64,000 nucleotides of DNA from Eukaryota sp. TZLM1-RC (Eukaryota; Protista; Metamonada: BaSk clade): the NCBI GenBank assembly GCA_040285825.1, contig JAUPSS010000003.1, positions 1,550,001-1,614,000 on the forward strand. The letters are read 5' to 3'. Below, in pieces: positions 12,371 to 23,975 of this stretch. Numbering within the stretch: the first letter of the stretch is position 1; every line of letters starts with the position of its first letter. Below the pieces are notes generated by a model. The model worked only from the letters and a program-made list of their open reading frames with translations. It did no database searches and had not been told where the DNA came from. The position numbers were made by a program, and so were the translations under genes.

Positions 12371-12681
12371 GTAATGAGAATAAAGAGCTCATCTATCAAA
12401 TTTTACACTTGTCACCCCATTTTCGACTTCTTGTTGCCTGTTCTTGGAGGTTTTTAACCCTCAACTTGGTTTCCGGAGGTTTTCACTATTCCCACACTTT
12501 CCTCTCACTTCATAAACTGGGTTCTTATTTCCCTCACTTACCTTCTTTTTTCGAGCGTTATGACTCCCCGGTAATCTTTCAACTTCTTTCTATTACTCCC
12601 TCAGTTCATGACCCCACTACTGGCCCTCCACAAACTGCAACTTATGCTGCTCTACCACCGACGCCTCAACCGGTACAGTCC

Positions 12682-12936
12682 ATGTACACACCTCCTGCTC
12701 CTCGCTCATCCGGTAATAGTACCTGGAAAACTTTCCTTAAAAGCTCTGATTGAAAGTCAAACAAAACTGTTAGTCATTCATCAAACAAAAACGCTTCTGT
12801 CCCTAGCGTGTCACTTGGTTTGAAACTTTCTAATGGCATCTCGAAGGAAAATGTTAACATTGTGCTAAACGAACGAGAGCTGGAAGCCCTTGTCAATACT
12901 GTTGAAGATATCTCTGTTCATTTAGACAATCTGTAA
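12682..12936 (+). pseudogene. COMM-domain (COMMD-like) gene fragment with TGG>TGA nonsense change
   Basis: Near-identical to 20703-20957, but the conserved W codon is TGA at 12751-12753. Confidence 0.6.
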
Positions 12937-13371
12937 TAAAGTAAGTTATTTTGTAAATAAATAGTTGATGTTTTTTGTTGTTTATTTGAACATTATTGGC
13001 ACGTTATTATGCTAAGAAGCTCCTGAACTGTGTGTTCTAGGTTTTCTGTGTTTTATGTCTACACCATTAAGTCAAAGTTGAAAACTAAGGCCCATAGATG
13101 TCGTAGGTAGAAACCAGACGTTGGTGCAAGATCTGGTTGGTGAAAAAAAACACCAAAATGCAACCAAAGTGAAAACCACAGTAAATTTTATTGAACAATT
13201 TTAGTGAACAACAATTTTTTTGGACAATAGCTGGAAGCACCGTGGCATGCGATAAGAAAGAGTGGTGATTAGACTATTAGAAAGCAGAAACTAAGGTAGG
13301 GGGATAATGAGGGGGATTAGAGTCAGGGTGGCTGGTGAGGGGTATTTTTATTCACCCTGAAAGACCACCAT

Positions 13372-14090
13372 AATATTTTCTTTTTTGATTGAATTTATTC
13401 CAACGAAAAACTAAACAACAAACAGAATATTCTTAATCTTCATATCCCAAATCAGCCAAAAAGAATTGAGTGGAAGTTTTTCCTTCATAAAACCGGCCAA
13501 GACATTATAACGCAGAAGATAATAAGGGGACAACACCTTTAAAAATAGAAAATACAATTCTGTTCTGCCAAAAAATTTTGTCAAAGATTCTTCATGTAGT
13601 TGTTTTACAATTTCAACAAAATCATCCAAGAAAGATAAAGCAAGTGGTCCAAGCTTGCCATGTAAGGAAAAAGCAAATCGACAAAGGACATAATGAGTAT
13701 GCGATTCAGCATTCAAGGATAGCAACTTTGCTGTTTATTTATCAATTGTAGTGTTATCGGCTACAAACGGAGGATTCTTGTGTTTTGACTGAGTCAACAA
13801 TATAAAACAATTATTACACACATCAGTTGATCGATCTCACATCAGTAAGGATAGTCGTTCCTTCAAGGCCTTCAAGCATTAAATCACCTCTATTTCGACC
13901 AAAAGAATTCACAGTATCTTCATCAACCAAACGAGAGAATAAAGGTTCTAAATGGGAAACAATTCTCTGTGACTTTGACATAAATAGAGTTGATCGCTTA
14001 CTACATCATGAACTTTTGATCGGAAAGTAAAAAAGTGGAGTGGCGTGCATAGAAGAATGTGAATCACATACAACCGCTAAAGATAGAATT
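13372..14090 (-). mobile_element. RLE-type non-LTR retrotransposon 3' remnant
   Basis: HLEPLFSRL..FGRNRGDLML..ILTDVR and FAFSLHGKLG, similar to the C-terminus of the 42600-44950 element; AATAAA and an A-rich tail on the minus strand; boundaries approximate. Confidence 0.7.
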
Positions 14091-14178
14091 ACAAATTATT
14101 TTAGGTATGAAATGCAGGTATCTTCAAAAATAACAGGTATCGATTAGTAATTATAACACTTATTCAGTACTGGTCAAC

Positions 14179-14355
14179 ATGCCCAGAGTCTGCAACCAAC
14201 ATACGTTTGAAGAACTAAGTCGTGTCTCAAATGGTCGTGTTCATCAATCTAAACGCACTGGCAAGTACAAATTCAAAGTTCGTGGAGGAAGAAAATTATT
14301 CACGTTTTCTACTTCAAACGAGGGAACTGCAAAGACTCTTATGAAGAAGGTGTAG
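14179..14355 (+). CDS. RPL38: Divergent 60S ribosomal protein eL38-like (58 aa, not in the ORF track)
   Basis: Manual translation MPRVCNQHTFEELSRVSNGRVHQSKRTGKYKFKVRGGRKLFTFSTSNEGTAKTLMKKV*; MPR start and KFKVR..R.L.T motif of eL38. Confidence 0.65.
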   Translation: MPRVCNQHTFEELSRVSNGRVHQSKRTGKYKFKVRGGRKLFTFSTSNEGTAKTLMKKV

Positions 14356-14410
14356 TCCAGCAAATGTTGATTTGGTTATATCGAATAAAAGTCATGGTAT
14401 TTGGGTGTCT

Positions 14411-16503
14411 TTACACTCAATTATGTGCGATAAACAAGTTGAAATCCACACAATCTATGGATGTTTTTACTCTAAAGAAAGATTTGATTAAAAATTCAAT
14501 AAAATCAAGTCACGCAACACAGATAATGAAGCATCTCAAACTGAGGAGGAATGTTCCCTTAGCCCACTGACAAAAAAGTTTTACAAAAACCTCGTTGTGC
14601 GCCATTGATGGAATTCTATCACCAACGTTTTAAAGACAAACTTGTTCCAAAAGTTTTATCAAAAAAATGAATCAGTAATATTTTGTATCACACAATTGAC
14701 AAACTGACTGTGGTTTTCAAAAAAACATCCAAGAGCATTACTTTGATTACTTGGATCGGTTTGTTGTCATTTTTTATAATGTTTGGAGAAACAATAACGT
14801 TCTGAAAAAGCAAGATAAGAAAAACTTTTTATCATCCATTATTAAAGTTAAATCTCTCAAAACATGTATTGATATAGTGGTTAAAAATTTGCCATGAGAA
14901 AAAAACATCTCATCAATTAGTTCGCTATTGATTAAAGATGATGTCCCATATTTACTTCCCACTCATTCTAAAAGGGAAAAGTATTCAAAAATTTAATTTT
15001 CGTCAAAATGAAATTTGTATCCAAGAGCCGTGTTTTACATTAATATTTTTCTGGAACTGAGGAGAGTAAACTTTCTCTATTTTTGAAAAAATCTTGTATA
15101 CCATCTTATATCAGAATGGGATGGACAAAACAAGTTTGTTGGACTCGTACTTTGCCGAATACAAGGACATTTTTGGTTATAGGTCGGCTTATCATTGCAA
15201 TAATCAAGCTTGCTGATTTGGTTTTATGGGACACCATTTTAAAAATGGACGAGATTAAAAACACTAAATTTTATTCAGAAAGTTCCAAGTACATCATGTC
15301 TAGTATCGAGACTGATCTGATTGAGTACCAGTATTGTTCATTCAATCCAGAATGGACTTGAAACAATATAATCGTCGGTGCAAAAGAAACCAAAGAAGAG
15401 TGCAAATATATAGATGACCCTGGCATTAATCCTTCTCAATATCAAGATTTGACGCTTGCTGCTACTGATCCAGGCAGTTTTACTCTATTTTTCTGCCAAT
15501 TTAGATACTAGAATGACCTACTCAAAAAACCTGAGAGAGATAAATGTGTTCAGTTCAGAAACACTCAAAATTTGAGCCGAAAAGTTCCAAATTCAAAAGA
15601 ATAAGAGACAGCATACGGAATGACACTCTTATCACAATAAGAAACTTTACTGGTAGAGTAATTGATCTATCCAATTATGAACCATCTGAAGAGCAACAAC
15701 AAAGGATGGATTTAAACAGCAGTATAATTAATCAAATGACTGAAAGGACAATTAGTTTATTAAGAGGAAAAGTACCTCAAGAAATCAATATTCCCCAAGA
15801 AATTGATTACTCATTCAATTTGAGAAATAATGATGACATGACTAAATCTGTGGCAGAATGGGAAGCAACTTTATCCCAATTCAATTCCAAAAGCTGCAGG
15901 TTTGATAGATTTATGGCATATATTAAACAAAAGAACTTTGTGAACAGTATTAATGGTGAAGACTATCATCAGAAATATTGAGCGAACTGAGATGGTGGAC
16001 TGAGATTAATCGCACAAGATCTGAGGCGAAGATGATCCAGAGATTCAAATCAGTAATTGGTGATCCCAGCCAAGTAGTTATCGGAATCGGAGACTGGGAA
16101 CAACGAAAACACATGAAATTCAAAGAACCTACCTAGGGAAAAGGTTTGAGAATTCTATTCAAACGGTCTGGTTATAAGGTCTTTTTAATGCTGTTGTTTC
16201 AATTGTCAGAAAGCGGAGAAAACAGTAGAAACATTCCACTGGTGCAGAAATCATCCAAAGCCATAAAAGAGGCATGAGATGTCTATTCGTCACAGGCTTA
16301 CCATGTGTAAATCATGCAAAAGTTTGTGGAATAGAGATCGAAATGCTTCGCTGAATATGTTGGCAGTGATGGAATCACATGTAACAGGTAGAGATAGACC
16401 AGTATACCTACAGAGTGCCAAGGTTGACAAAGGTTCAAGGAACAAGGTATCAAGGAGAAAATCTTCCACTTCTCAAAAACTCAGTCCCTCTAAATTGGTG
16501 TAA
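14411..16503 (+). pseudogene. Fanzor1-type element, family B, heavily decayed
   Basis: IPSYIR, IETD, RuvC-I LAATDPG (~15455-15477), GIGDWEQRKHMKFKEPT*GKGLRILFKRSGYKVFL, CFNC, CKSC, WNRDRNASLNM, RPVYL; RuvC-II segment apparently deleted; left boundary tentative. Confidence 0.85.
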
Positions 16504-16544
16504 AAAGGACACTTACTTCATTGTTATAGACAATATCTGTAATA

Positions 16545-18203
16545 ATGAAGCACCAAAGGGATCCTTCATTGTTAACTCCCTACTTAACAATAGAGGAAGC
16601 CACTCTTGTATGTCTTGAATTAGTCGCATACATCTCCTTTCTCATTATCTTCACACTTGCTTTCAAAGCTCAACGAAGTCCAATGGCTGGATATTATCTA
16701 ACAGATTCGATCAAACAACGTTTGGAAGGTCTTTCAGATGTAACTCTGCCGCGCGAGATCCTACCTTTTCTATCATCCACAATGGCTCAGAACATCTTCG
16801 CTCCACCATCAAATCGCTCATCTTCTGAACATATATTTTCCAGCTACAACACACTTATTGGTACCATTAGAATTGTTTCTAAACGTGTTCGCCTAGATTC
16901 TTGTTCTGCACCGTCATTATTTACCAAACTTGATTGCTTTGATGACTTGAATGAATATAACGAAGAAACTTCTCATTATGGTCCTTCAAAACAATTCAAG
17001 TGGTATCATCCAGAGAAAATTTCTGATCATCAATTTAAGGGTCATTTGACGAGATATTCTGGTGGTGGATACGTTGTTGAATTCCCAAAAAATCAAATGG
17101 CTGTTTTAAACCTTTTTAATTATCTGTTAATTAATGATTTTATTGATCTACAAACAAGGGTGATATTTTTTGATTTTTCTCTATACAATCCTGCAGTCAA
17201 TACCTTTGCTGTCGTCAGACTTGCCTTTGAGATTCCTAGCACAGGACAAGTAATCAGTAGTTCTACTATCAGGACTGTGAAGTTGTTTAATACCCTTTGC
17301 TCTAATGATGTTCATCGCTCTTTTCTTGAGCTTTGCGTCGTTTTTGCTGAATTAGTCTATTTTTGTGTTTCAATTGTAAGATGTAGTCAGGTTGGGTTCA
17401 AGGCTTATTTCTCTGTTTGGTATCATATTCTAGACTTGGTCATCCATTTGATGTTTGTTGGGGTAATTTACCATCGAATTGTTTCTATTGGTTTATTGAG
17501 AAATGTTAACTCCCTGAAGCATTTGGATCTGATGACTTTTGAGAAAGTTTCTTCAGTTTTGGACTATGAGCTCAATCTAATTGCTTTACTTTCGTGTTGT
17601 CTTTTCTTCAAATTATTCAAATTTTTTAGAATAAGTCATAAATTATCCCAATTAATTCACGTTATCTCAGCTGCTTTGGTCGATATTGCTTGGTTTTCCG
17701 TTGCATTTTTCGTCATCATGTTGGGTTTCGCCTGCTGGGCCAACCTTACTTTTGGTTCCCATTTACTTGATTTTAAAACAATTCAACATTCAATGATGAC
17801 CCTGTTTAGAATGATTTTGACTGATTTTGATTATTATAGTCTGTATCACGTGAACAGCGTTATAGGACCTTTGTTTTTAATTTGTTTTATGTTTTTTGCA
17901 TTTTTTGTCTTGATCAATATGTTTATTGCAATTATTACTGATTCTTTCACTCTAATAAGGGAAGCAGAAGAAGCTTATGCCGATTGCCCGTTGGTTTCCA
18001 CCATCCATTCCACTACTAGAAAATGGTTTAGAAGACTCTGTCGCTTGGTTGGATTGAGTCCCCCAACAGGAACAGAAACAAGTCCAATTAACCAACGGTT
18101 TATCATCAATAATGAGGTGTCTACTAGTGAGGTGAACGACGGACATTCAGTTCATTGTCCAAGTTGTAAAAAGTCGCTCAAAATGAAGATTATGTCGCAG
18201 TAG
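16545..18203 (+). CDS. PKD2: Polycystin-2 (PKD2/TRPP) family cation channel
   Basis: YSGGGY, FIDLQTRVIFFDFSLYNP, RLAFEIP.TG, TM segments, and pore TLFRMILTDFDY...FVLINMFIAII. Confidence 0.9.
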   Translation: MKHQRDPSLLTPYLTIEEATLVCLELVAYISFLIIFTLAFKAQRSPMAGYYLTDSIKQRLEGLSDVTLPREILPFLSSTMAQNIFAPPSNRSSSEHIFSSYNTLIGTIRIVSKRVRLDSCSAPSLFTKLDCFDDLNEYNEETSHYGPSKQFKWYHPEKISDHQFKGHLTRYSGGGYVVEFPKNQMAVLNLFNYLLINDFIDLQTRVIFFDFSLYNPAVNTFAVVRLAFEIPSTGQVISSSTIRTVKLFNTLCSNDVHRSFLELCVVFAELVYFCVSIVRCSQVGFKAYFSVWYHILDLVIHLMFVGVIYHRIVSIGLLRNVNSLKHLDLMTFEKVSSVLDYELNLIALLSCCLFFKLFKFFRISHKLSQLIHVISAALVDIAWFSVAFFVIMLGFACWANLTFGSHLLDFKTIQHSMMTLFRMILTDFDYYSLYHVNSVIGPLFLICFMFFAFFVLINMFIAIITDSFTLIREAEEAYADCPLVSTIHSTTRKWFRRLCRLVGLSPPTGTETSPINQRFIINNEVSTSEVNDGHSVHCPSCKKSLKMKIMSQ

Positions 18204-18458
18204 CTGGGTTCTAAAAGATTTGACTTTTTTATGGCGTTCACGGATTCAATTTGCCATTATTAATAGATTACCACGGTATTTCAATCGAATAAGAGAAGCT
18301 TTAGCTAGACAGCAAGCAGATCAAGATTTTGTAGAGGAAATCTTGGTTCAATGATAGTCGTCCCATTAGTTAGGAGTTAATTTAATTAAGTGTGCAAATT
18401 CAATAAATATAATATCAGTTTTTAAAAAGTTTTTGTTTCGTATGCTCAGGATCCCCAT

Positions 18459-20391
18459 TCATCTCCTCAACAGAGCTTCTGGGCAAATGTATCTTTCCGG
18501 CCACAATTCCGCTTTCTTCTTAATTTGAATATTTTTTGTAGCGGAAAAACACTTTGTACACTCAGTACAAATACGCATCTGCCATGAGCCTGCTTGAATA
18601 TTCTTGGCCATGCAACAACTTGACAGTTTGCTTGTATTAAATTCACTGGTTGACAAGTGCTTCACGTCCTTTTGATAACACAACCATTTTCTGAAAGCCC
18701 TTGCTGATCCATATCGATTGACTTTTCGGCAATGAGAAGGGAAATTAGCAGAACCCACAGCAAGATAGAGTTTATCAGGATGTCCAGCCAGCCTTTGAAG
18801 TTTGTTGAGAGTCTCTCTTTTCGTCTTCGATTTATCAAATTTAATTATTTTCCATTTCTGGTGATTACTTTTTCAAATACACTTTCCTCCTGACCAAATT
18901 CCAATGGTTCAAATATTGGTGGAAATTTTGAACGGAATATTGGTTGGGAGAGTGTTTACTGAATGAAGGTTTTGTCATGTATCTTCTGCCAGTTGGACAA
19001 GGGATAACTGCACAATGATAATCATTTGAGAAGTAATCACATAATCTTGATTGTCCCAGATCAACGCCAATAAGGGGCCTTTCAGGTAAAATTTCGACTG
19101 GTTGTCTGCGTCTTCGACGGGGCATTTTTTTAGTGTCCTTCAACTGTGTTTCTCTGGTTTTGTTGGCATTAGGGTCACTTTTCATTTCTTTTTTTGATCT
19201 CCTTTTCTTTTTCGGTGGTTCATCCAGCTCATCTGTGTTTTCTGAGTCATTATTTTTACCTTCAAAGGTCAAAAGCAGTTCATTACCATTAGTTTTCAAT
19301 AAAACTTATTTAAATCTATTTTTCAAACTGTTTCTGTTGATATTGAATTTTTGGTAAGGACACTGTTTGAAGATTCGTTTCAGACATGTGTTGTTGATAA
19401 ACTTTGTTTTGGAAGATGATCTTTCAATAATTGGAAATTTTTTCACAGATTGGAAAACATGTGAAGTTACCTCATGAAATTTAGAACCTTTATGAGAAGC
19501 TAAAGGTATTATTCTAAATTTCTTCCAGCAATGCATATGAGAAAAGAAAGTGAGTAAGTATTGTGAAATTTTAAGATTGAAGAGAAAAAGCTCACCAATT
19601 TCCTTTGATGAAATAGTGATTTTATCATGTGAGGACAGTAGGTAGGCAGTGCTAGGAAATCTTTGAAAGAGTTTCAAGATAAACTTACATGCATTTAATA
19701 AAAAGAATCTTTCTCTTGAATTATTCAGATTGAAATTGATGTAGTGTTCAAGAACAGAATCAACAACAACTTCCTCGGGTTGGGCTAATTGTTCATCTGG
19801 CAAAAGTGAGAGAATATCATTGGCAAAGACATTTGTTTTATCTAGAGCTCTACAATGAGCACGAATAAAGTTTTTTGTACAGGATTGACAAATTTTAGAT
19901 AAACTTGTCTACACGTTAGACGCCAATTGACAAGCCCGACAAGCAAAGTAAGGAGAAAGCTCTTTTCTATTGATAAAATTACAATTCTGAGAGTGCAGCC
20001 AAGCATTGAGAAAAAGATTGAATGAATTTCTATAAGGCACCAACGAATTGTCCCACAAAGAAACAAGAGACCTGTCTTGTGGGCATTCAAGAAGAAATCC
20101 ACTGTAAAAGATATGGAGTAATTGGCGTTGGCCTTTAGATGCGGAAGGCTTAGGAAAAGAACTAGTGGTGATGACGGTCATAAACAGATAACATACATCC
20201 TGTTCCACTGAAGCTCTAGATGCCAACGGAAAATTTAGAAGAAAAGATTGAAGTAATAAAGAAGCTTCATGACAAATCTCGGTGACCAAAGGAAGGTCAG
20301 TCCGAATTTGTTGCACCGCTGCAGGGGTGAGCACCGAATTAAGTGCACAAGACCGAGTGAATACACGTGACACAGAGGGGTTGTCGGTCAT
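18459..20391 (-). pseudogene. Fanzor family A copy 2, frameshifted, RuvC-III deleted, omegaRNA absent
   Basis: High identity to copies 1 and 3; the DRD segment is deleted (~18545); homology stops about 50 bp after the stop codon. Confidence 0.9.
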
Positions 20392-20702
20392 GTAGTGAGA
20401 ATAAAGAGCTCATCTATCAAATTTTACACTTGTCACCCCATTTTCGACTTCTTGTTGCCTGTTCTGGGAGGTTTTTAACCCTCAACTTGGTTTCGGGAGG
20501 TTTTCAGTATTCCCACACTTTCCCCTCACTTCATAAACTGGGTTCTTATTTCCCTCACTTACCTTCTTTTTTCAAGCGTTATGACTCCCCGGTAATCTTT
20601 CAACTTCTTTCTATTACTCCCTCAGTTCATGACCCCACTACTGGCCCTCCATAAGCTGCAACTGATGCTGCTCTACCACCGACGCCTCAACCGGTACAGT
20701 CC

Positions 20703-20957
20703 ATGTACACACCTCCTGCTTCTCGCTCATCCGGTAATAGTACCAGGAAAACTTTCCTTGAAAGCTCTGATTGGAAGTTAAACAAAACTGTTAGTCATTC
20801 ATCAAACAAAAACGCTTCTGTCCCTAGCGTGTTACTTGGTTTGAAGCTTTCTAATGCCATCTCGAAGGAAAATGTTAACATTGTGCTAAACGAACGAGAG
20901 CTGGAAGCCCTTGTCAATACTGTTGAAGATATCTCTGTTCATTTAGACAATCTGTAA
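20703..20957 (+). CDS. COMM-domain-only ORF (84 aa), possibly a truncated COMMD gene
   Basis: DWKLNKTVSHS..SVPSVLLGLKL..VNIVLNERELEALVNTVEDISVHL matches the COMM domain pattern (DW.l..., P...l.L.l, terminal amphipathic helix). Confidence 0.6.
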   Translation: MYTPPASRSSGNSTRKTFLESSDWKLNKTVSHSSNKNASVPSVLLGLKLSNAISKENVNIVLNERELEALVNTVEDISVHLDNL

Positions 20958-21528
20958 TAAAGTAAGTTATTTTGTAAATAAATAGTTGATGTTTTTTCTT
21001 TTTAATTTGAACATTATTGGCACGTTATTATGCTAAGTAGCTCCTGAACTGTGTGTTCTAGGTTTTCTGTTTTTTATGTCTACACCATTAAGTCAAAGTT
21101 GAAAACTAAGGCCCATAGATGTCGTAGGTAGAAACCAGACGTTGGTGCAAGATCTGGTTGGTGAAAAAAAATACACCAAAATGCAACCAAAGTGAAAACC
21201 ACAGTAAATTTTATTGAACAATTTTAGTGAACAACAATTTTTTTGGACAATAGCTGGAAGCACCGTGGCATGCGATAAGAAAGAGTGGTGATTAGACTAG
21301 TAGAAAGCAAAAACTAAGGCAGGGGGATTATGAGGGGGATTAGAGTCAGGGTGGCTGGTGAGGGGGATTTTTATTCACCCTGAACGACCACCATAATATT
21401 TTCTTTTTTGATTTAATTTATTCCAATGAGAAACTAAACAACAAACAGAATATTCATATCTAAAGTTGCCGAAACTTATCATCTACGGCTTCGCTTATTA
21501 ACTCAACACCTTTTGCTTGTGCAGAACT

Positions 21529-22668
21529 ATGTTCACATCCTTTGTTGATAAGGTCTATGCAGGGCTCCATAATGACATAGCCAAGGCTGCTATAAAAGCT
21601 ACAAACCATGATGATACTGTCAAAGAGAAACACGTTCGCACTCTCATCATCGCCACCCACACCAATAACACTACTGAGGTGATCTCCAGCCTCGCAACAC
21701 GGCTTTCGCACAAAGAATCATTCATAGTACTCAAAGCTTTAATTGTATTACACAGGCTTCTAAAGGAGGGAAGCACTCAGTTTATTTCATCTGCATCAAT
21801 ATCCTCCAGTTCTCTCCTTTTCCACGGCTCCTTCAGTGATCCATCTACTCCAGAATCACTACAACTCTCCAAATTCATCCGCAAGTACTCCATCTACCTG
21901 GAGGAGGTCCTCATGATCTGTAAACATTCACGTCATATCACGTCTTCATCTGAGCCACTCGCCTCAAAGATTCTCACTCATCATGATGAAGATTTTCTCT
22001 CTTCGCAAAGTAGTGGACCTAGGGTGCCCGCCATTGAACTCTTCCGTACTGCAACTGTGGCGTCGTGTAGCAAGCAAGCTGATTATTTGTTGGTTTTATT
22101 AGAAAAATTGTTGGAAATTGAGTATGTAGATATACCAAAACTTCAAGTTCTATCAATTTCAACTGGACTCTTGTTGACTGATTGCTTAAAAATCTCATCT
22201 GCTTTAATAGCTTATAATCGTAATGTTTTGGATCTTTTCTTTACAATGAAGGATGTTGGTAATTGTGAAGCTGCGGTTCGTCAGTATAGAAAGTTTATCG
22301 TTTTATTTGATGAGAGGATGAACAATATAGAACCAGTGAGTAGAAGGTATAGAATTGAGTTGCCAAAGACTGTCAGTTCTTCTATTATAGATGATATGGA
22401 ATTGTATATTAAAAATCTGAAGAATCCTGGCTCTGTCGATCAAGATCAATCATATCACGCCATGAGCTTACCTAGTCAAGAAGATCAAAAAGAGGTTCAA
22501 AAAGAAGAAGAAGAAGGATCACGAAATGATCCACTATTTGATGATTTATTATCTCAAGATGAATTAAGTTTATTTGATGATAATTTTTTCAAAAATTCAG
22601 CAAAACAAGAACCTTCAACTAATAAAGATAAGGAAAACAGTTTTGATGATTTGTTGGATTTGTTTTGA
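21529..22668 (+). CDS. ANTH-domain clathrin assembly protein (AP180/PICALM-like)
   Basis: AAIKATNHDD..KEKHVR, IVLKALIVLHRLLKEG, FIRKYSIYLEE; C-terminal DLL/DLF clathrin-box-like motifs; first ATG at 21529. Confidence 0.85.
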   Translation: MFTSFVDKVYAGLHNDIAKAAIKATNHDDTVKEKHVRTLIIATHTNNTTEVISSLATRLSHKESFIVLKALIVLHRLLKEGSTQFISSASISSSSLLFHGSFSDPSTPESLQLSKFIRKYSIYLEEVLMICKHSRHITSSSEPLASKILTHHDEDFLSSQSSGPRVPAIELFRTATVASCSKQADYLLVLLEKLLEIEYVDIPKLQVLSISTGLLLTDCLKISSALIAYNRNVLDLFFTMKDVGNCEAAVRQYRKFIVLFDERMNNIEPVSRRYRIELPKTVSSSIIDDMELYIKNLKNPGSVDQDQSYHAMSLPSQEDQKEVQKEEEEGSRNDPLFDDLLSQDELSLFDDNFFKNSAKQEPSTNKDKENSFDDLLDLF

Positions 22669-22742
22669 TTTCTGCTCTTTTGTGTTTGTGCAAATAAATT
22701 GAAACTTCCAATTCGTTTTTTAATTAATTTATTAATATTATT

Positions 22743-23603
22743 TTACAGCAAAACTTTGATTTTTGAAACATTACAAACATTATCATTTTTAGTTTTCAAA
22801 GCAAAAGGTCTCTCAAATACATAATTACACCTCTTCTTAACACCACCATGCTTACCATTCTCTTTCTTAACTCTCTCCTTCTCTCTTCTTTCTTTTCCCA
22901 GATAATCAAGGCCAGTAGGCAAAGGCGCCGTGAATGGCCTTGAATCGAGAGGTTCAGTCTTTGCAGCAGAAGACTCTATAGGTTCCTCCCTACTAAAATT
23001 CTTCATTGATTTCTTCATCAATTCAACACAATAACTATCTTTAAATAAATCTTTCTTGGTCACCTTCAATGAACATGTCCTCCATCTGAGAGTGCTTTCT
23101 GGGACTGTTTTATTGAAGGCAATCTTGGGGTTGGATTTCCTAGTCACCAAATTTCGTTCTTCAACAGTAATTAATTGTAAATCTAAAATTTCCAATTTAG
23201 GAAAGGTTTTGATCATTTCTTCACGGTAGAATGGCTCCTCTGTGACTGGATTCCCTGTAAGGTTTAGGTTATGGAGATTGTCAAGATGCTTAAGTGAAGA
23301 AATAACAGAATCTAGTCCAGAAAGTTGATTGTTAGCGAGACAGAGGTGGCGTAAGTGTTTGAGCTTAGTTACTGAACTGTTGTTTAGAGTGGAAATGAAG
23401 TTATTTGAGAGCAAGAGTTTTTGCAGTCGAAAGCATTTATCAAGACCAGTTAAAGAGCGTATTCTATTGGACTGTAACCATATGGATGTGAGATAAGGAA
23501 ATGCTCTGAACTGATGAAGATCAGAAGAACAGATACCAAGGTTGTTGAGAAGGACACTCTCTGAATTACGATGAAGAAGAAAAGACCTGAGGTTGAAGGT
23601 CAT
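22743..23603 (-). CDS. Leucine-rich repeat protein (SDS22/LRRC72-like)
   Basis: LxxLxLxxN repeats followed by an LRRcap GNPVTEEPFYR..FPKLEILD. Confidence 0.85.
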   Translation of the reverse strand: MTFNLRSFLLHRNSESVLLNNLGICSSDLHQFRAFPYLTSIWLQSNRIRSLTGLDKCFRLQKLLLSNNFISTLNNSSVTKLKHLRHLCLANNQLSGLDSVISSLKHLDNLHNLNLTGNPVTEEPFYREEMIKTFPKLEILDLQLITVEERNLVTRKSNPKIAFNKTVPESTLRWRTCSLKVTKKDLFKDSYCVELMKKSMKNFSREEPIESSAAKTEPLDSRPFTAPLPTGLDYLGKERREKERVKKENGKHGGVKKRCNYVFERPFALKTKNDNVCNVSKIKVLL

Positions 23604-23975
23604 TCTTACAGATATTGTCTATAGCAATGATATTTAACAATGATGAGGAGCAACAGATTTGTTGGAGGTTTGAAGGTTAAGGAAGCAGAGTCAGCACTCC
23701 TAGCTAAAAATGCTTTTTTTTCAAAATATGGTTTTTCAGTCGTGAAAACAACAAAGAGTCTGTGAGACGGCAATTTTAGATACGAAAAAACAGAAATATA
23801 TCATTCTCTTTCAAACCTTATTGTTTTTTTAATGATTTTTAAAGAATGATTCAAACAGGGTGTTAGTAGTGAGTGTTTGAGCAGTTTTTTATCAAATAGC
23901 ATAGATAGAAACATGTATTTTTTGTCACCGGGATGTTATCAAAAGATTAAATGCATCTACTTTATTAAACACATT

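Noticed and set aside
12751-12753. In-frame TGA at expected Trp or Arg positions (also ~42314, 48780, ~63915), suggesting stop-codon reassignment
   Set aside because: All occur in decayed sequences and are single-base changes from TGG, CGA or AGA; intact genes (ANTH, RING) end in TGA and use TGG for Trp
18400-18460. Copy 2 as a LINE-mediated 3' transduction ending at the Fanzor polyadenylation site
   Set aside because: No poly(A) remnant or TSD visible at the junction, so it is unsupported
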